A DNA stretch of 64,000 bases from a virus. How positions within the stretch are numbered: position 1 is the first letter of the stretch; every line of letters begins with the position of its first letter. The notes under the pieces are model-generated. The model searched no databases. It saw only the letters and a program-made list of their open reading frames with translations, and was not told the origin of the DNA. The stretch is from IMG/VR virus record IMGVR_UViG_2706795545_000001; one strand, written 5' to 3'. This document shows positions 28,211-39,388 of the stretch, one piece after another. Made by a program: the position numbers and the translations under genes.

Positions 28211-30424
28211 TTAGCGGTTAAGGTATTTTGCAACATATGCCAAAGCGAAACCGAATACCGCACCAGGTAGCAATGCATAAAACCCAAAAATTAACGAAAT
28301 TGCTATACTAAGTAAACTCCATATCATTAACCCGTACCATAGGACTCCAGTTATGTTATAGTTCCTGTTGATAAGATATATCGCGATACCACCGCCTATA
28401 TAGTAAATTATTATATCCATAAGCTGGTTTGAATTGATACTTATACTGAACGGGTTCTTAATTGGTGGTGGCGTAAGTGATGTACTACTATTAACCTTAG
28501 TTGAATTGAGGTTAACTAGTTTGTTAACATAAGGCTGAGAGGTTTGTATACCGTTGGCATCTATTGTTACTGTCCTACTTGTAGGCGATATTGCTAATAC
28601 AAACGGCGTATTAGCAGGTATATTCAGCGGGTAGAAGCACGAAGACACGATGAATTGCTCCTGGACGTTTTGGTAAACTAAAGTTACTGAGTCACCGTCC
28701 ATACCCTTCAATATAAGTGAAGAAGAGGAGTTAGAAACATGATAACACGACAGTTTACCGTGAGAGTAACAAACTACTAACCCAGGACTTGTTATTCCGT
28801 TTATTATTGCGGAACATGCTTGGAACGGAGAAGTGACAGAGGTCTTTATTATTCCAGATATTTCGTCATATAAGCCAGTTGCTAGAGTGACACCTATCTT
28901 ACTAATAATGAGAGGAGTATTACTATACGTCACATAGTGAATGTACGGAACTACGTTGTAAATCGTATAAGGTGATGCAGAAATGAATTGGGTAACACCG
29001 TGATCTGTTACTACTTGAACTAGAAGATACTGCGTGTTTCCTACTCCTTGTACACCTATAATTACGTCTGCTGGAAAAGTAACATTTCCTAGTGAAGTTA
29101 ATACAGTGCCGTTAACACATAAATACGCTTTGCCGTTACAAATGTTAACATAGTATGCACGCACAAAATCGGTGAACCCTATCTTTGCGTCATATTTAAT
29201 GTTGGAACATGGAGGATAAATTAATATGTCCGAAATACCGCTACCATAACCTATTACCAAATTATCTTCAGCTATTCCCACATTATTTACCTTATTAGAG
29301 ACATATATGCATTCAGACGTACCGTTTGAATACGATACAATAACCTTACTACCTACTGGTACGCCGAATATTCTCACACATGATGTATTGAACGCACAGT
29401 ATGCTACAAAGACCTTAGGTTTAGATGAGACCACAACGTCGCACACCACCTTCCCAAGGTTTACCATTTTTCCGTTCTCGTATGCATAAAAACAATTTCC
29501 TTCTATTAATGAGGGCGTAAATATTACGCTTGCTTTACCCTCTATGCATTGGGAACATGAAGGCTTGCAGTAATATACTGCAATAAGATTGGTAGAAATA
29601 TTACAGCACGGCTTTTCCGATGGGGATCCTTGAATTACTGTACCGCATACTATAGTGCATTTACCCTCTTCGCTTATTTTAACAAAGCATGTTAATTTCG
29701 TGTATAATTCTGCACTATTTACCTTTACAAACCCGCTCTGTTCTACATCAAAATTATTGCTTAGTATACAGTTTGTGAATATAGTTTCGTACTTACCAGA
29801 GAATATGTAATAAGAAGGTATTTTCACTTTTTGTGATGTCTGCAAATAATCGAAGAATACCCCAGTACCAGGCTTTACATTAGCTATCTCATAAAAATTA
29901 TTGGTAGACACTGAGGAAGGAAGGATGTTATACATAAACACAACAGAGCTGGAAATATAACGGCTAATAGACGGCTGGAAATAGAGATGCGAATTATTAC
30001 CCATTGTAAGCAGACCGTCAGCCTGGACATTAGTTGCGTTCCAAAGTGTGGTGTTTAATATATAGAATGTAAATAGGTTACTAAATACGTTACATGTAAC
30101 ATATTCACTAGTTACTCCAGTTCCATATGTTAGTAGTAGTGACTCGTTATTCAACCCAGCTATATAGTATACTAAGTATGGCGGATATGTTGAAAACAGG
30201 TAGCTATCGACATAGTACCCGCACTGATTTATAACATAATACTGGCTTTGTATATTTGCACTTGGTGGGAGTGGGGCAAATAGTATTATATCGCTACCAG
30301 CCAACGATGAAGGGGCATTTACTGTTATTTGTATTTGATAGCTTACTGCAGTAGAATTTAACGAAAGTAATAGTAGAAATAGGAAAGAGAATAGTATGAG
30401 TGAAGAAACTAATTTCTTTAACAT
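28211..30424 (-). CDS. secreted, C-terminally anchored beta-rich glycoprotein (737 aa)
   Basis: Signal peptide, Cys/Ser/Thr-rich ectodomain, C-terminal TM helices. Confidence 0.75.
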   Translation of the reverse strand: MLKKLVSSLILFSFLFLLLLSLNSTAVSYQIQITVNAPSSLAGSDIILFAPLPPSANIQSQYYVINQCGYYVDSYLFSTYPPYLVYYIAGLNNESLLLTYGTGVTSEYVTCNVFSNLFTFYILNTTLWNATNVQADGLLTMGNNSHLYFQPSISRYISSSVVFMYNILPSSVSTNNFYEIANVKPGTGVFFDYLQTSQKVKIPSYYIFSGKYETIFTNCILSNNFDVEQSGFVKVNSAELYTKLTCFVKISEEGKCTIVCGTVIQGSPSEKPCCNISTNLIAVYYCKPSCSQCIEGKASVIFTPSLIEGNCFYAYENGKMVNLGKVVCDVVVSSKPKVFVAYCAFNTSCVRIFGVPVGSKVIVSYSNGTSECIYVSNKVNNVGIAEDNLVIGYGSGISDILIYPPCSNIKYDAKIGFTDFVRAYYVNICNGKAYLCVNGTVLTSLGNVTFPADVIIGVQGVGNTQYLLVQVVTDHGVTQFISASPYTIYNVVPYIHYVTYSNTPLIISKIGVTLATGLYDEISGIIKTSVTSPFQACSAIINGITSPGLVVCYSHGKLSCYHVSNSSSSLILKGMDGDSVTLVYQNVQEQFIVSSCFYPLNIPANTPFVLAISPTSRTVTIDANGIQTSQPYVNKLVNLNSTKVNSSTSLTPPPIKNPFSISINSNQLMDIIIYYIGGGIAIYLINRNYNITGVLWYGLMIWSLLSIAISLIFGFYALLPGAVFGFALAYVAKYLNR

Positions 30425-30471
30425 AAGCTAATGAGAGAAATAGAGGAAATAAAGATGTTGTAAAAAATAGG

Positions 30472-30987
<516 letters not shown>

Positions 30988-31401
30988 TTACGCCCCCTAA
31001 CCCCTTTCTACAATTAGGGGTTCTTCTTATTCAAGAATAACGCAGACAACACAATAGATATGCCTATCAAGACACCAAGCGTGATAGGGTTTCTAAAGAT
31101 GCACGCAATATAAACGAAGAACGAACCAGCGAGGTATTGAGGTTGATTGTATGAACCGTTAATGTAATATATACTTATGTTTCCTTCTGATAGAACGTTA
31201 ATACTCTGGTTATCGTCCTTTGCTATAAGCGTTGTTACGTTGTTTAATGAATTAGTGGAAGCAGATATAGAAAAACTGAAGAACATTGCTAAAGGTACTA
31301 TAATAAGTCCCGCTAAGATTAGTATAAACACAATCGTCGTAGTGCTGTATGGTGGTGTCATAAATACTATATTTATAATGTAATATATTAACCTATTATC
31401 C

Positions 31402-31950
31402 ATGGCAAAAGAGAAGGATGAAGAAAAAGATGAGAAAACTGCAGACGAAATATTCAAGCTTATTACAATCGATCCAGTGCAGACCCAACAACTGTATAAT
31501 AACGCAAACCAAGACAATATACCACCAGATATTTATGATACAGAAATAAGGACTACATCTGAAGATGTAGTAAACCTTGCAAAATACATTATGAAAAGCA
31601 TTACAGAACAATTTAAACAATACGATATAAAATATTCCGTCACACCGAGTAGTATAGATGAGGCGTTCAAAAGACTTCTCACGTCGGCTGTGAATAATTA
31701 TATGGCACTAAACTCATCAATAATGACTTATTATCAAGCAAACATTAGGAAAGCGATTAGAGAGAAGAACATTAGTGACGTTTTGATGTACATGGAGAAG
31801 ATGAAAAAAATAACTATTGCAATTTTAATGTCTATTCATATGACAATAAACGAGATAATGGGTATAATAGGAATAAATCTACCGTTAGAGATTACATCAC
31901 AATTGTATAAACATACTGTACTTGGGATAGATCACATAGAAGCTAAGTGA
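31402..31950 (+). CDS. hypothetical helical protein
   Basis: 182-aa ORF. Confidence 0.7.
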   Translation: MAKEKDEEKDEKTADEIFKLITIDPVQTQQLYNNANQDNIPPDIYDTEIRTTSEDVVNLAKYIMKSITEQFKQYDIKYSVTPSSIDEAFKRLLTSAVNNYMALNSSIMTYYQANIRKAIREKNISDVLMYMEKMKKITIAILMSIHMTINEIMGIIGINLPLEITSQLYKHTVLGIDHIEAK

Positions 31951-31975
31951 AGACTACGGTCTCAGGTGTCAAAAG

Positions 31976-32308
31976 ATGAGCAATTCTTCCAATCCTTTTT
32001 CATTATATTTTTGGTTTATTATATTCATAGGCATAATTGTTTCTACCATAATCTTCATCTATTTCCTTATCGTGCCATTTTTACAATCCGTTCAGTGTCA
32101 TTATGTCCTTAACGCTTCTGCTGATAAGGATGTTAATTTCAATAATTCGGTTGTGTCGTCTTTTGTAACCCAATATAGACAGGGATATGGTTCTATTGCA
32201 TCAGCGGGTCTTAATGAAATTATAATAGTACTTACAATAATAGTACTTGGGTTATTTGCAATATTTCTGTATTTATATGTAACGGCGATAAGAAAACCTG
32301 GTTCCTAA
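31976..32308 (+). CDS. two-TM membrane protein
   Basis: Two hydrophobic helices. GGTCTCAGGTGTCAAAAG-ATG leader. Confidence 0.7.
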   Translation: MSNSSNPFSLYFWFIIFIGIIVSTIIFIYFLIVPFLQSVQCHYVLNASADKDVNFNNSVVSSFVTQYRQGYGSIASAGLNEIIIVLTIIVLGLFAIFLYLYVTAIRKPGS

Positions 32309-32340
32309 CTACTTATTATATAAAATGTATTATTACACAC

Positions 32341-32808
32341 ATGCCTGGAAGTACACCTGGAAGCAACAAAAAACATGCTAGTGACGATAGCGATAAAATT
32401 GTTCCGATATTGAAAAAATTATTTCTAAAGAATGAAATGGTAATGAATGCGAGCGGAGTAGAAGTGTTAAATAAAATTTTTGAAAAAATTGAAACTAAAG
32501 AGGGGAGAAATTATATAAAATATGTGTTACTTAGTCTGTTTCTTCCTTCAAACTTAAGACTTGTACCAGGTACTGGAGAGGTGAAGGATATAATATTTAT
32601 TGGTTCAGAAGATAAAAATACGAAAAAATGCGGTACTTTCAAAATTTTAGCGGTAGATAATGGCAAAAATTACGAGTACTGCTTAGAGGTGTGCGGGTCA
32701 CTATCTATTACAATTAACCTCATACCATGCACTGAAGTGCGTAACACCGTAAAGCAAACAGACAGAGTAAACATGTCTGAATTAGAGTTCAGTAAATTAG
32801 ATCTGTAA
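32341..32808 (+). CDS. hypothetical protein
   Basis: 155-aa ORF. Confidence 0.65.
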   Translation: MPGSTPGSNKKHASDDSDKIVPILKKLFLKNEMVMNASGVEVLNKIFEKIETKEGRNYIKYVLLSLFLPSNLRLVPGTGEVKDIIFIGSEDKNTKKCGTFKILAVDNGKNYEYCLEVCGSLSITINLIPCTEVRNTVKQTDRVNMSELEFSKLDL

Positions 32809-32818
32809 GGGAGAGAAA

Positions 32819-33400
32819 ATGTTGTTCCTAAAGAAAAAGAACAACATAGACTATTCCCCGTATGTAAAATATGTCGCTCATGCGTTCCTTTTAGATAGAA
32901 AAATAACGTGGAACGCTACGTCATTTGTAAGGAGTAAATTCGGTTTTGGGTTTATAGTATTTGGGAAGCAGAGGAAAAACTTCAGTTTTAATAAAGCATA
33001 TATTGACGACCTAGACGTCCTAAAAATGTTCATATTACTTTATAATAACACGACTCATAATACTGTATTCTTCTATTATACTACAAAATTGACAAAAAAA
33101 GTAATAAATTATTCTATTAAAACCCAAAAGAAAAATAAGGATTTATCTGTTAATACTATAAGGAAGCTTCTATTAATGTGTGGCGAGAGGTATTTATGCA
33201 CTATTGATGAGAATTATAATATTTCTGAAGGATTTGACTATAAGAAATATGTGAATGATGAGAACGGAGAAGAGAGACTTAAAACAAAATTATTACTATT
33301 CAGTAAAACTGACATAACAACTTTGCGTAATTATACAATATTTATATCTCTAAGATCTTTATATACGCATTCCAAACAAGAACAGATATTCTCTAGTTAA
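32819..33400 (+). CDS. hypothetical basic protein
   Basis: 193-aa ORF with GGGAG RBS. Confidence 0.65.
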   Translation: MLFLKKKNNIDYSPYVKYVAHAFLLDRKITWNATSFVRSKFGFGFIVFGKQRKNFSFNKAYIDDLDVLKMFILLYNNTTHNTVFFYYTTKLTKKVINYSIKTQKKNKDLSVNTIRKLLLMCGERYLCTIDENYNISEGFDYKKYVNDENGEERLKTKLLLFSKTDITTLRNYTIFISLRSLYTHSKQEQIFSS

Positions 33401-33439
33401 TGTACAAAATTGCCCGAACGTTCGTGCAAATTCGGTAGA

Positions 33440-33925
33440 CTAATAAAAAATAATTACTTTTTTAAGACTTTTTGATAAGACGCCCATGATCTTATCGTCT
33501 ACAATGTCTGTCATAATAACGATATCGCTACTGCTTGAAAAATAATAGCTAAGCACTGCATTACATATGCAGTTACCTTTCCCGTGTAGTATCAGGATGC
33601 CGTCTGTTTTTAATTTATTAATATATTCACTTATTTCCTTATCTCCACCCAGTTCGCACTTTATTATGCTCCCTTTTCCGTACAACGTAACTGGTAAATG
33701 ATGGATATTAGGGTAAATTTCAAACTCGCTATCTCCTAATATCCCCTCTGCGATTCTAAAGGTCGTATACCCTTGCATCACCATCCTGGTTGATACATGA
33801 GAGTAACAGATGTTCTTCATTATTTCGTTCTCAAAATTACACCTAATTGTAAGAATTTCGGCGTCTAAAGGAGGGACAAACTCTCTTAATTTTTCCTTAC
33901 TATCGATAACTATTGTACTCATCAA
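33440..33925 (-). CDS. hypothetical protein
   Basis: 161-aa ORF. Confidence 0.6.
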   Translation of the reverse strand: MMSTIVIDSKEKLREFVPPLDAEILTIRCNFENEIMKNICYSHVSTRMVMQGYTTFRIAEGILGDSEFEIYPNIHHLPVTLYGKGSIIKCELGGDKEISEYINKLKTDGILILHGKGNCICNAVLSYYFSSSSDIVIMTDIVDDKIMGVLSKSLKKVIIFY

Positions 33926-33957
33926 CTGGATTTATTCTAGTTATCTAAAAACCAGTT

Positions 33958-34554
33958 ATGCAGAATTACACAGAATTGGAAGGTCTTTTCACTAAAATTG
34001 TTGATGTATGCCTCTCAAATGAAATAGACCTTCATCCTGTTCAATCATTCTATAAGCTGATTATTTTATCTTCACCAATACCTGGGATTGACACTATACT
34101 TAACAATACAAAGAAAGAGTTGGTGCTTGCTAGCACAAAACAACAACAATCCAAGGTAATTAGATCGTTTTGTATAAATCTTGTAAGAAAAATGAACTCT
34201 TTATCTTCTGTAGATAGTAGCATAATCGATGGAATTGAGGGAGATATAAGCACATATAATATAGATAGCGTGATCAATGAGTCTAACAGAATAATGCAGA
34301 GAGTTGAAGAAGCGTTCACAACTAAGAACGTAAGGGACTCAATAAAGCAATTTGAGTTAGCAGTAATTGAAACAAAAGCCTTACTAATAAGAATAAAGGA
34401 CAGCATGATATATGAGGAGGTTACGAAACTAACTGGAATAAACGAGAATAATATAACTGACGTGCTACATTTTAATGACTACACTGAGGGTAAATATACA
34501 ATTGCAGAGAAATTAATGCAGATACTACTGTTTATTAAAACGCATTTCAAGTAA
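33958..34554 (+). CDS. hypothetical helical protein
   Basis: 198-aa ORF. Confidence 0.65.
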   Translation: MQNYTELEGLFTKIVDVCLSNEIDLHPVQSFYKLIILSSPIPGIDTILNNTKKELVLASTKQQQSKVIRSFCINLVRKMNSLSSVDSSIIDGIEGDISTYNIDSVINESNRIMQRVEEAFTTKNVRDSIKQFELAVIETKALLIRIKDSMIYEEVTKLTGINENNITDVLHFNDYTEGKYTIAEKLMQILLFIKTHFK

Positions 34555-34560
34555 AAACGT

Positions 34561-35337
34561 ATGTTTGTAATTACGATGCACGGTGTAGACGAAATAGATG
34601 AACTGAAAGCTTACCTCTTCTTTTCTTCGATTGGCGTATATCCTAACATCAAATTTGACGGTAAGAATAACGTTATTAGTATACATATACCGAAATATAG
34701 AGATTTCATAAGAGTCCTAAGCGAGATAGACAAGCCGTTCATACCTAGCGTATTAAGGCTTGATAACGAAATAGAGAAAAACGCTAAGCTGGATTTATCA
34801 ATGAAAGAAAACACTATTTCTAGAAAATTACACGTAATAATTAAGTTAATGAAATTAGGTTCAACATACACTAGGTTAGTACTGGATGTTAACGTTGCTG
34901 GCATAGAACGAGATATTCTTGAATATATCCTGAGGAACCTTATTGGGGATGAAGATCTGTATGTAACTAGTACTGCGTCTAGACATATTGTAGTGTGGGG
35001 TAAAGCGGATAAGATACGTTTACTAAGAAGCGTTAATCTTACACGTTACATCTATGGTTCTCACGAATACGAATGCCCTGTATGCGGGTATAAATCACAA
35101 ACCTTAGCAGAATTACAATTACACTACTTTACAGAGCATAATAGTGGTGTATGCCCACTTGACGGCTTACCTACAGACGAACACATGTTAAGCGATATGA
35201 AACACCTAGCATACGCATTTTTAGCACTATTACCGATGAATTCACACCTAAACAGAACAAAATTGTATAAAAAATCTTACATTCTTGCAAAATTCACATT
35301 TAATGTTAAACCACTTATTGTTCAACGTGACTTATAG
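34561..35337 (+). CDS. protein with C2H2 zinc finger
   Basis: CPVCGYKSQTLAELQLHYFTEH, then CPLDG..H..H. Confidence 0.7.
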   Translation: MFVITMHGVDEIDELKAYLFFSSIGVYPNIKFDGKNNVISIHIPKYRDFIRVLSEIDKPFIPSVLRLDNEIEKNAKLDLSMKENTISRKLHVIIKLMKLGSTYTRLVLDVNVAGIERDILEYILRNLIGDEDLYVTSTASRHIVVWGKADKIRLLRSVNLTRYIYGSHEYECPVCGYKSQTLAELQLHYFTEHNSGVCPLDGLPTDEHMLSDMKHLAYAFLALLPMNSHLNRTKLYKKSYILAKFTFNVKPLIVQRDL

Positions 35338-35564
35338 TACATTATTAATATAACTATAGACAGAATAAAACCTATTACCGCAAACACATTGAGATATATT
35401 ACGAATCTGGATAACGTTGCATAGTAATCATTAGCGTACTGCTGTCCATCTACGAGGGTTATGGTGTGGGCATATTGGAATTGTAAAAAATAAATCACGT
35501 CAAATATAATAATTGTTGCAAAAGCCATCACAAATACTAAAACAAATACAGTGAACGGGGACAT
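35322..35564 (-). CDS. small two-TM membrane protein
   Basis: Hydrophobic hairpin. Confidence 0.65.
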   Translation of the reverse strand: MSPFTVFVLVFVMAFATIIIFDVIYFLQFQYAHTITLVDGQQYANDYYATLSRFVIYLNVFAVIGFILSIVILIMYYKSR

Positions 35565-36632
35565 TCAAACCACCTTGAAATACTTAAACGCAGTTCCGTC
35601 AGGTAACTCATTTTCAAGTATCGTCTTGATAGAATAGAAAAGATCCCTATCTATCTCAACTTCCTCATTCTTCTTAACTTTCTCCTCAAGCTTATCTATA
35701 AATTTTCTAAAAGACACTAAGTCAACATATTTACAAAGTTCTTCCTTGTTAATATATTGCTGTTGAACTGCGTTACTGTTTTTCTCTATTCTCCTTTCTT
35801 CTTTCTTATTATCACTTTCCTTACGGTCGTCCTTATGGTCACCACTTCTTTTCTTTTCTGTTTTCACACTCAATTTCTCTGTTTTTTTGGCTTTTTCTCT
35901 TTCTAATAATTCTCCAAGTTTTGACATAAATTCCCCAGCATTCTTAGCATTTTTAAGTTCAGCATAATAATCTGTAATAACCTTGCGGATATTTGAGAAA
36001 ATCAAATCTAAATCTTCATCAGTGAAATCATTGGCAAAATTCTTAGTTAAACTCAGTAATTTCTCTATTTCCCTCTTATTAAATACTATTCCTTTCTTTT
36101 TCGTATAATTATAAATGTGGGGATAATGCGATTTTACCCATAACACCATATATTTAACGTCGTCTATAGATACTTTCTTTTTTGTAATGTTTTGAAGTGT
36201 TTCCTCTATCTTCTTATCTATATCATTATCTATCCTCGCTGTTTGACTAGTTGATCCTCTGATCTTATATATCTCCTCAATATAATTAGTGAGTTCCTCG
36301 AGTTTCATCGGTCTTCTTATTACATTTAGAACGAGTGCTAACAACTTTGCGGTTTGCGGATCCTTGGTTATTCTTAAGTCTGTATATTGAAGCGTGAGGA
36401 CTTTAGAATATTCATCGCTCTCCTTAGCTAACTCTTTTAGTACTAGGTATCTCGTCATTCCGTCTATTATGTAATTGTCTGAGTCGACAACTATAGGTTC
36501 CCTTAACCCATCTTTTTTTATGCTTTCCTTTAGTTCCTCCATTATACGTTGGTCTCTTGGGAATAAATTAAAAATAGGGTCGTATATTTTTAAATCGCCT
36601 AATCTCGAAACTTTAAGAAGAACATTATACAT
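35565..36632 (-). CDS. ParB/Srx N-terminal domain protein
   Basis: LKESIKKDGLREPIVVDSDNYIIDGMTRY. Confidence 0.8.
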   Translation of the reverse strand: MYNVLLKVSRLGDLKIYDPIFNLFPRDQRIMEELKESIKKDGLREPIVVDSDNYIIDGMTRYLVLKELAKESDEYSKVLTLQYTDLRITKDPQTAKLLALVLNVIRRPMKLEELTNYIEEIYKIRGSTSQTARIDNDIDKKIEETLQNITKKKVSIDDVKYMVLWVKSHYPHIYNYTKKKGIVFNKREIEKLLSLTKNFANDFTDEDLDLIFSNIRKVITDYYAELKNAKNAGEFMSKLGELLEREKAKKTEKLSVKTEKKRSGDHKDDRKESDNKKEERRIEKNSNAVQQQYINKEELCKYVDLVSFRKFIDKLEEKVKKNEEVEIDRDLFYSIKTILENELPDGTAFKYFKVV

Positions 36633-36655
36633 ATATTTTAATTGGAAAAAATAAC

Positions 36656-38212
36656 CTAATATTTATTTGGGTTTTTAAATGAGGGTTTCTTTAGAAAGTT
36701 TTCGAAACCGTATAGGAATTTTGAAATTGAAGTATCGTCGTATGAGTCTGCTATTCTCACTTCTATCCCAGCAATGTCCTCAAATGTCTGTTTGCTAGAT
36801 GCTTCGCCTCTCAGTATAATTTCTTTTACATCTATGCCGTAAAAATTCAATACTGCTCTGATGAGGTTTTTCGCTCTTTTTATCCTTTCGTCAAGTAGCG
36901 AGGACGACATATATTTCCTAATCGATGATACTATCTTCTGGTCGTCTACCGTGTACATATATGATTGTGCTATTTTGTCGAAATTCGAATTTTGTTGCGT
37001 GAACATAATGACGTTCTTATGATAATCGGAAATTATCTCTGCAAGACCAGACAGTTTGCTATTATCAACGAGTAAAGGCTGTTCAACTAATACTATAGAC
37101 TTCCTATACATTTCAATATTGAATAAGAATTCCTTTATCGATGAGTCTATTGTAGGCTGGAATATTATATAATTACAAACATCAACTAGGATGGAGCTGA
37201 TTATGGCTTTTACTGTGAGCGGATATCTCGTTGTAATTAAGATCTTTATGGGCATCTCGCATGTAACTATTTCGCTTAACGAATCCTTCATTTCAAGTAA
37301 GGAATTAATATCCTGGTTTCTCATGCTCACTACACGCCTTGCCACATCCTTGTTAACTATTGTAAAAGTCTCTGGAGAACGTACAAAAAGCGAGATATCC
37401 CTAAAACTCATACCGTTGTTCACGAAGTAGCGTGCTATATCATCTGCACTCTTATACTCTATACCGTTTATGCTGATATTACTAATTCCCTTTATTTTCA
37501 AATATGCAGACACTGCTTCTAGGTCTGGTAATGTGTAGTAAACCTTCTCTTTTACTCTGCTAATTAATGCTGGGTCTATAGTGTCTACTTTAACGTTTGT
37601 TGCAAGTATTACTATTATATCATAATTCTTAACGTTATACAAGTTTAGATATTTCAGCATTAAGTTCATTAGATTTGTATAAAGCGTGTGGTTCTTATCT
37701 TCTGATGTAAGATCCCTTTTTGTTATTATCCACTCAGCATCATCGAAGAACAGTATGATGGGTTGGCTACGAATAGCTTTGAGGAAAATATTTCTCAGCT
37801 CATTTTCTGTTTCTCCTACATATTTTGATAAAATCTCAGTACCTACATAACGGAGCTTCCAACCTTTTACCTTTGCCAACAGTTCTGCGAAGGACGTCTT
37901 TCCAGTGCCTGGTGCACCGTATAATAGTATGTTAGAGTTACCTTTCTTTTTATTTACTAATTCTTTAAATACATTGTATATTTCTTTTGGAAATATGTAA
38001 AAATCTCCATTACTTAACTTTATTATCACATTATCATGCAGTTCCGTAACGTCGTACGTTAACGGTTTAATTATTTTCACAACTTTAGTTATATATTCAT
38101 TGTAAATGCATGGGTCTGGTATTGCATAAAGTATTGTACTATCTACAGTATTTACTTCCTCACCTTGTTTTATTTTTCTTGTAGTGTAGATTTTTTGACA
38201 AACTTCAGTCAT
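36656..38212 (-). CDS. AAA+ ATPase with C-terminal extension
   Basis: LLYGAPGTGKT, SKYVGETE, LFFDDAE, LATN..IDPALISR. Confidence 0.85.
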   Translation of the reverse strand: MTEVCQKIYTTRKIKQGEEVNTVDSTILYAIPDPCIYNEYITKVVKIIKPLTYDVTELHDNVIIKLSNGDFYIFPKEIYNVFKELVNKKKGNSNILLYGAPGTGKTSFAELLAKVKGWKLRYVGTEILSKYVGETENELRNIFLKAIRSQPIILFFDDAEWIITKRDLTSEDKNHTLYTNLMNLMLKYLNLYNVKNYDIIVILATNVKVDTIDPALISRVKEKVYYTLPDLEAVSAYLKIKGISNISINGIEYKSADDIARYFVNNGMSFRDISLFVRSPETFTIVNKDVARRVVSMRNQDINSLLEMKDSLSEIVTCEMPIKILITTRYPLTVKAIISSILVDVCNYIIFQPTIDSSIKEFLFNIEMYRKSIVLVEQPLLVDNSKLSGLAEIISDYHKNVIMFTQQNSNFDKIAQSYMYTVDDQKIVSSIRKYMSSSLLDERIKRAKNLIRAVLNFYGIDVKEIILRGEASSKQTFEDIAGIEVRIADSYDDTSISKFLYGFENFLKKPSFKNPNKY

Positions 38213-38213
38213 T

Positions 38214-39032
38214 TTACTTCCCTACTATGTGTAGTAATATGTATACGAATGCTAGGATTATTGGGATAGTTAACGCTAGTGCAAGGATTAACTTAGTCTT
38301 ATTTGTTGCTAATACTGTTTGTAACTTCTGCTTTGCTAATGATATCTTCTGCAGGTTAGTTATTTCATTACCAGCACTTGTAAGTAAGTGAATTATATTC
38401 TCTGCACTGCTGGTTTGGAGTGATATGAGGTAGTCATCTAGTACACTAGATAGATCTGTAGTTATAGCGAGCTTGTATTGACCTACGACAAAGCTTGAAG
38501 TATACTGAGTAGATCCTGAAAGGATATCTGCTATCAACTCAGAGAAGCTTTTGTCACTGAAAATCCTAGCAGTAGCCAGGTCTGACAATGTGTACAAATT
38601 CATCGTCAGGAATACTGTAGTCTCACCAACCGCAAAATAGAACGGTTTGTTTATACCATGAATGTAAAAGGGAGTTATGTCAGGCTTTACTGCTATAATA
38701 TAAATGTCGTTGTCACTCGTGTTACCTATGAAGAGACCTGTAGCTATATACCTTGCGGGTACAAGGACTACCTTTTTGGTTTTTTTCTGAACTACTAGAA
38801 ATATAGCGTCGGCATTCCTTGCATTAATATCAAACAACTGGACATTACGGTGAGACTTCAGCTTAATAATCAGTAACATCATTACGAATCCTACTACTAC
38901 TGCAATAAGTATAATTGACAAAAAATTGAAAGAAAAAAGGCTAGTTACTGCAGATGTAGGGCTTATGTGTATTGTTGGGGACGGTGTAGTAGAAACGTGA
39001 GGCGTTGTAGAGTTAGGAGGTGGTAGTGGCAT
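38214..39032 (-). CDS. membrane protein with N- and C-terminal TM helices
   Basis: P/T-rich N-terminus, two hydrophobic anchors. Confidence 0.7.
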   Translation of the reverse strand: MPLPPPNSTTPHVSTTPSPTIHISPTSAVTSLFSFNFLSIILIAVVVGFVMMLLIIKLKSHRNVQLFDINARNADAIFLVVQKKTKKVVLVPARYIATGLFIGNTSDNDIYIIAVKPDITPFYIHGINKPFYFAVGETTVFLTMNLYTLSDLATARIFSDKSFSELIADILSGSTQYTSSFVVGQYKLAITTDLSSVLDDYLISLQTSSAENIIHLLTSAGNEITNLQKISLAKQKLQTVLATNKTKLILALALTIPIILAFVYILLHIVGK

Positions 39033-39095
39033 ATGTGTTTTGTTAAAAACGATATTAAAAGTAGAGAAAAAACTTTTGAAAACACAGATGTGTTT

Positions 39096-39377
39096 TCAGG
39101 TGTTGTACATCACTGACTTTATCATTTGAGAATAGATGCGGTTAGTCATTTCATCTAATTTTCTCTTATCATAATTCTCTATTTCGTTAATTGGTATTTT
39201 TTCTAATGCTATAGTTCTTGCTAAGTTTTTAGCGAATGTGCTAAAATTGTACTTATCTATTGCAGTTACTTTCCCGTCTGGATTTGTAATATAACACAAC
39301 TCATCGTCGCACTCTACCTTATATCTACCGATTTTCATATGTTCGAATAGACGCATCAGAATAAATATGTATAGCAA
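39096..39377 (-). CDS. small hypothetical protein
   Basis: 93 aa. Stop codon overlaps the palindrome at 39078-39097. Confidence 0.55.
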   Translation of the reverse strand: MLYIFILMRLFEHMKIGRYKVECDDELCYITNPDGKVTAIDKYNFSTFAKNLARTIALEKIPINEIENYDKRKLDEMTNRIYSQMIKSVMYNT

Positions 39378-39388
39378 TTAATCCTCCT

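Noticed and set aside
31014-31517. 167-aa minus-strand ORF as annotated
   Set aside because: Its first third overlaps the plus-strand 31402 gene. Only a shorter membrane protein starting near 31383 is plausible, so the track start is not accepted.
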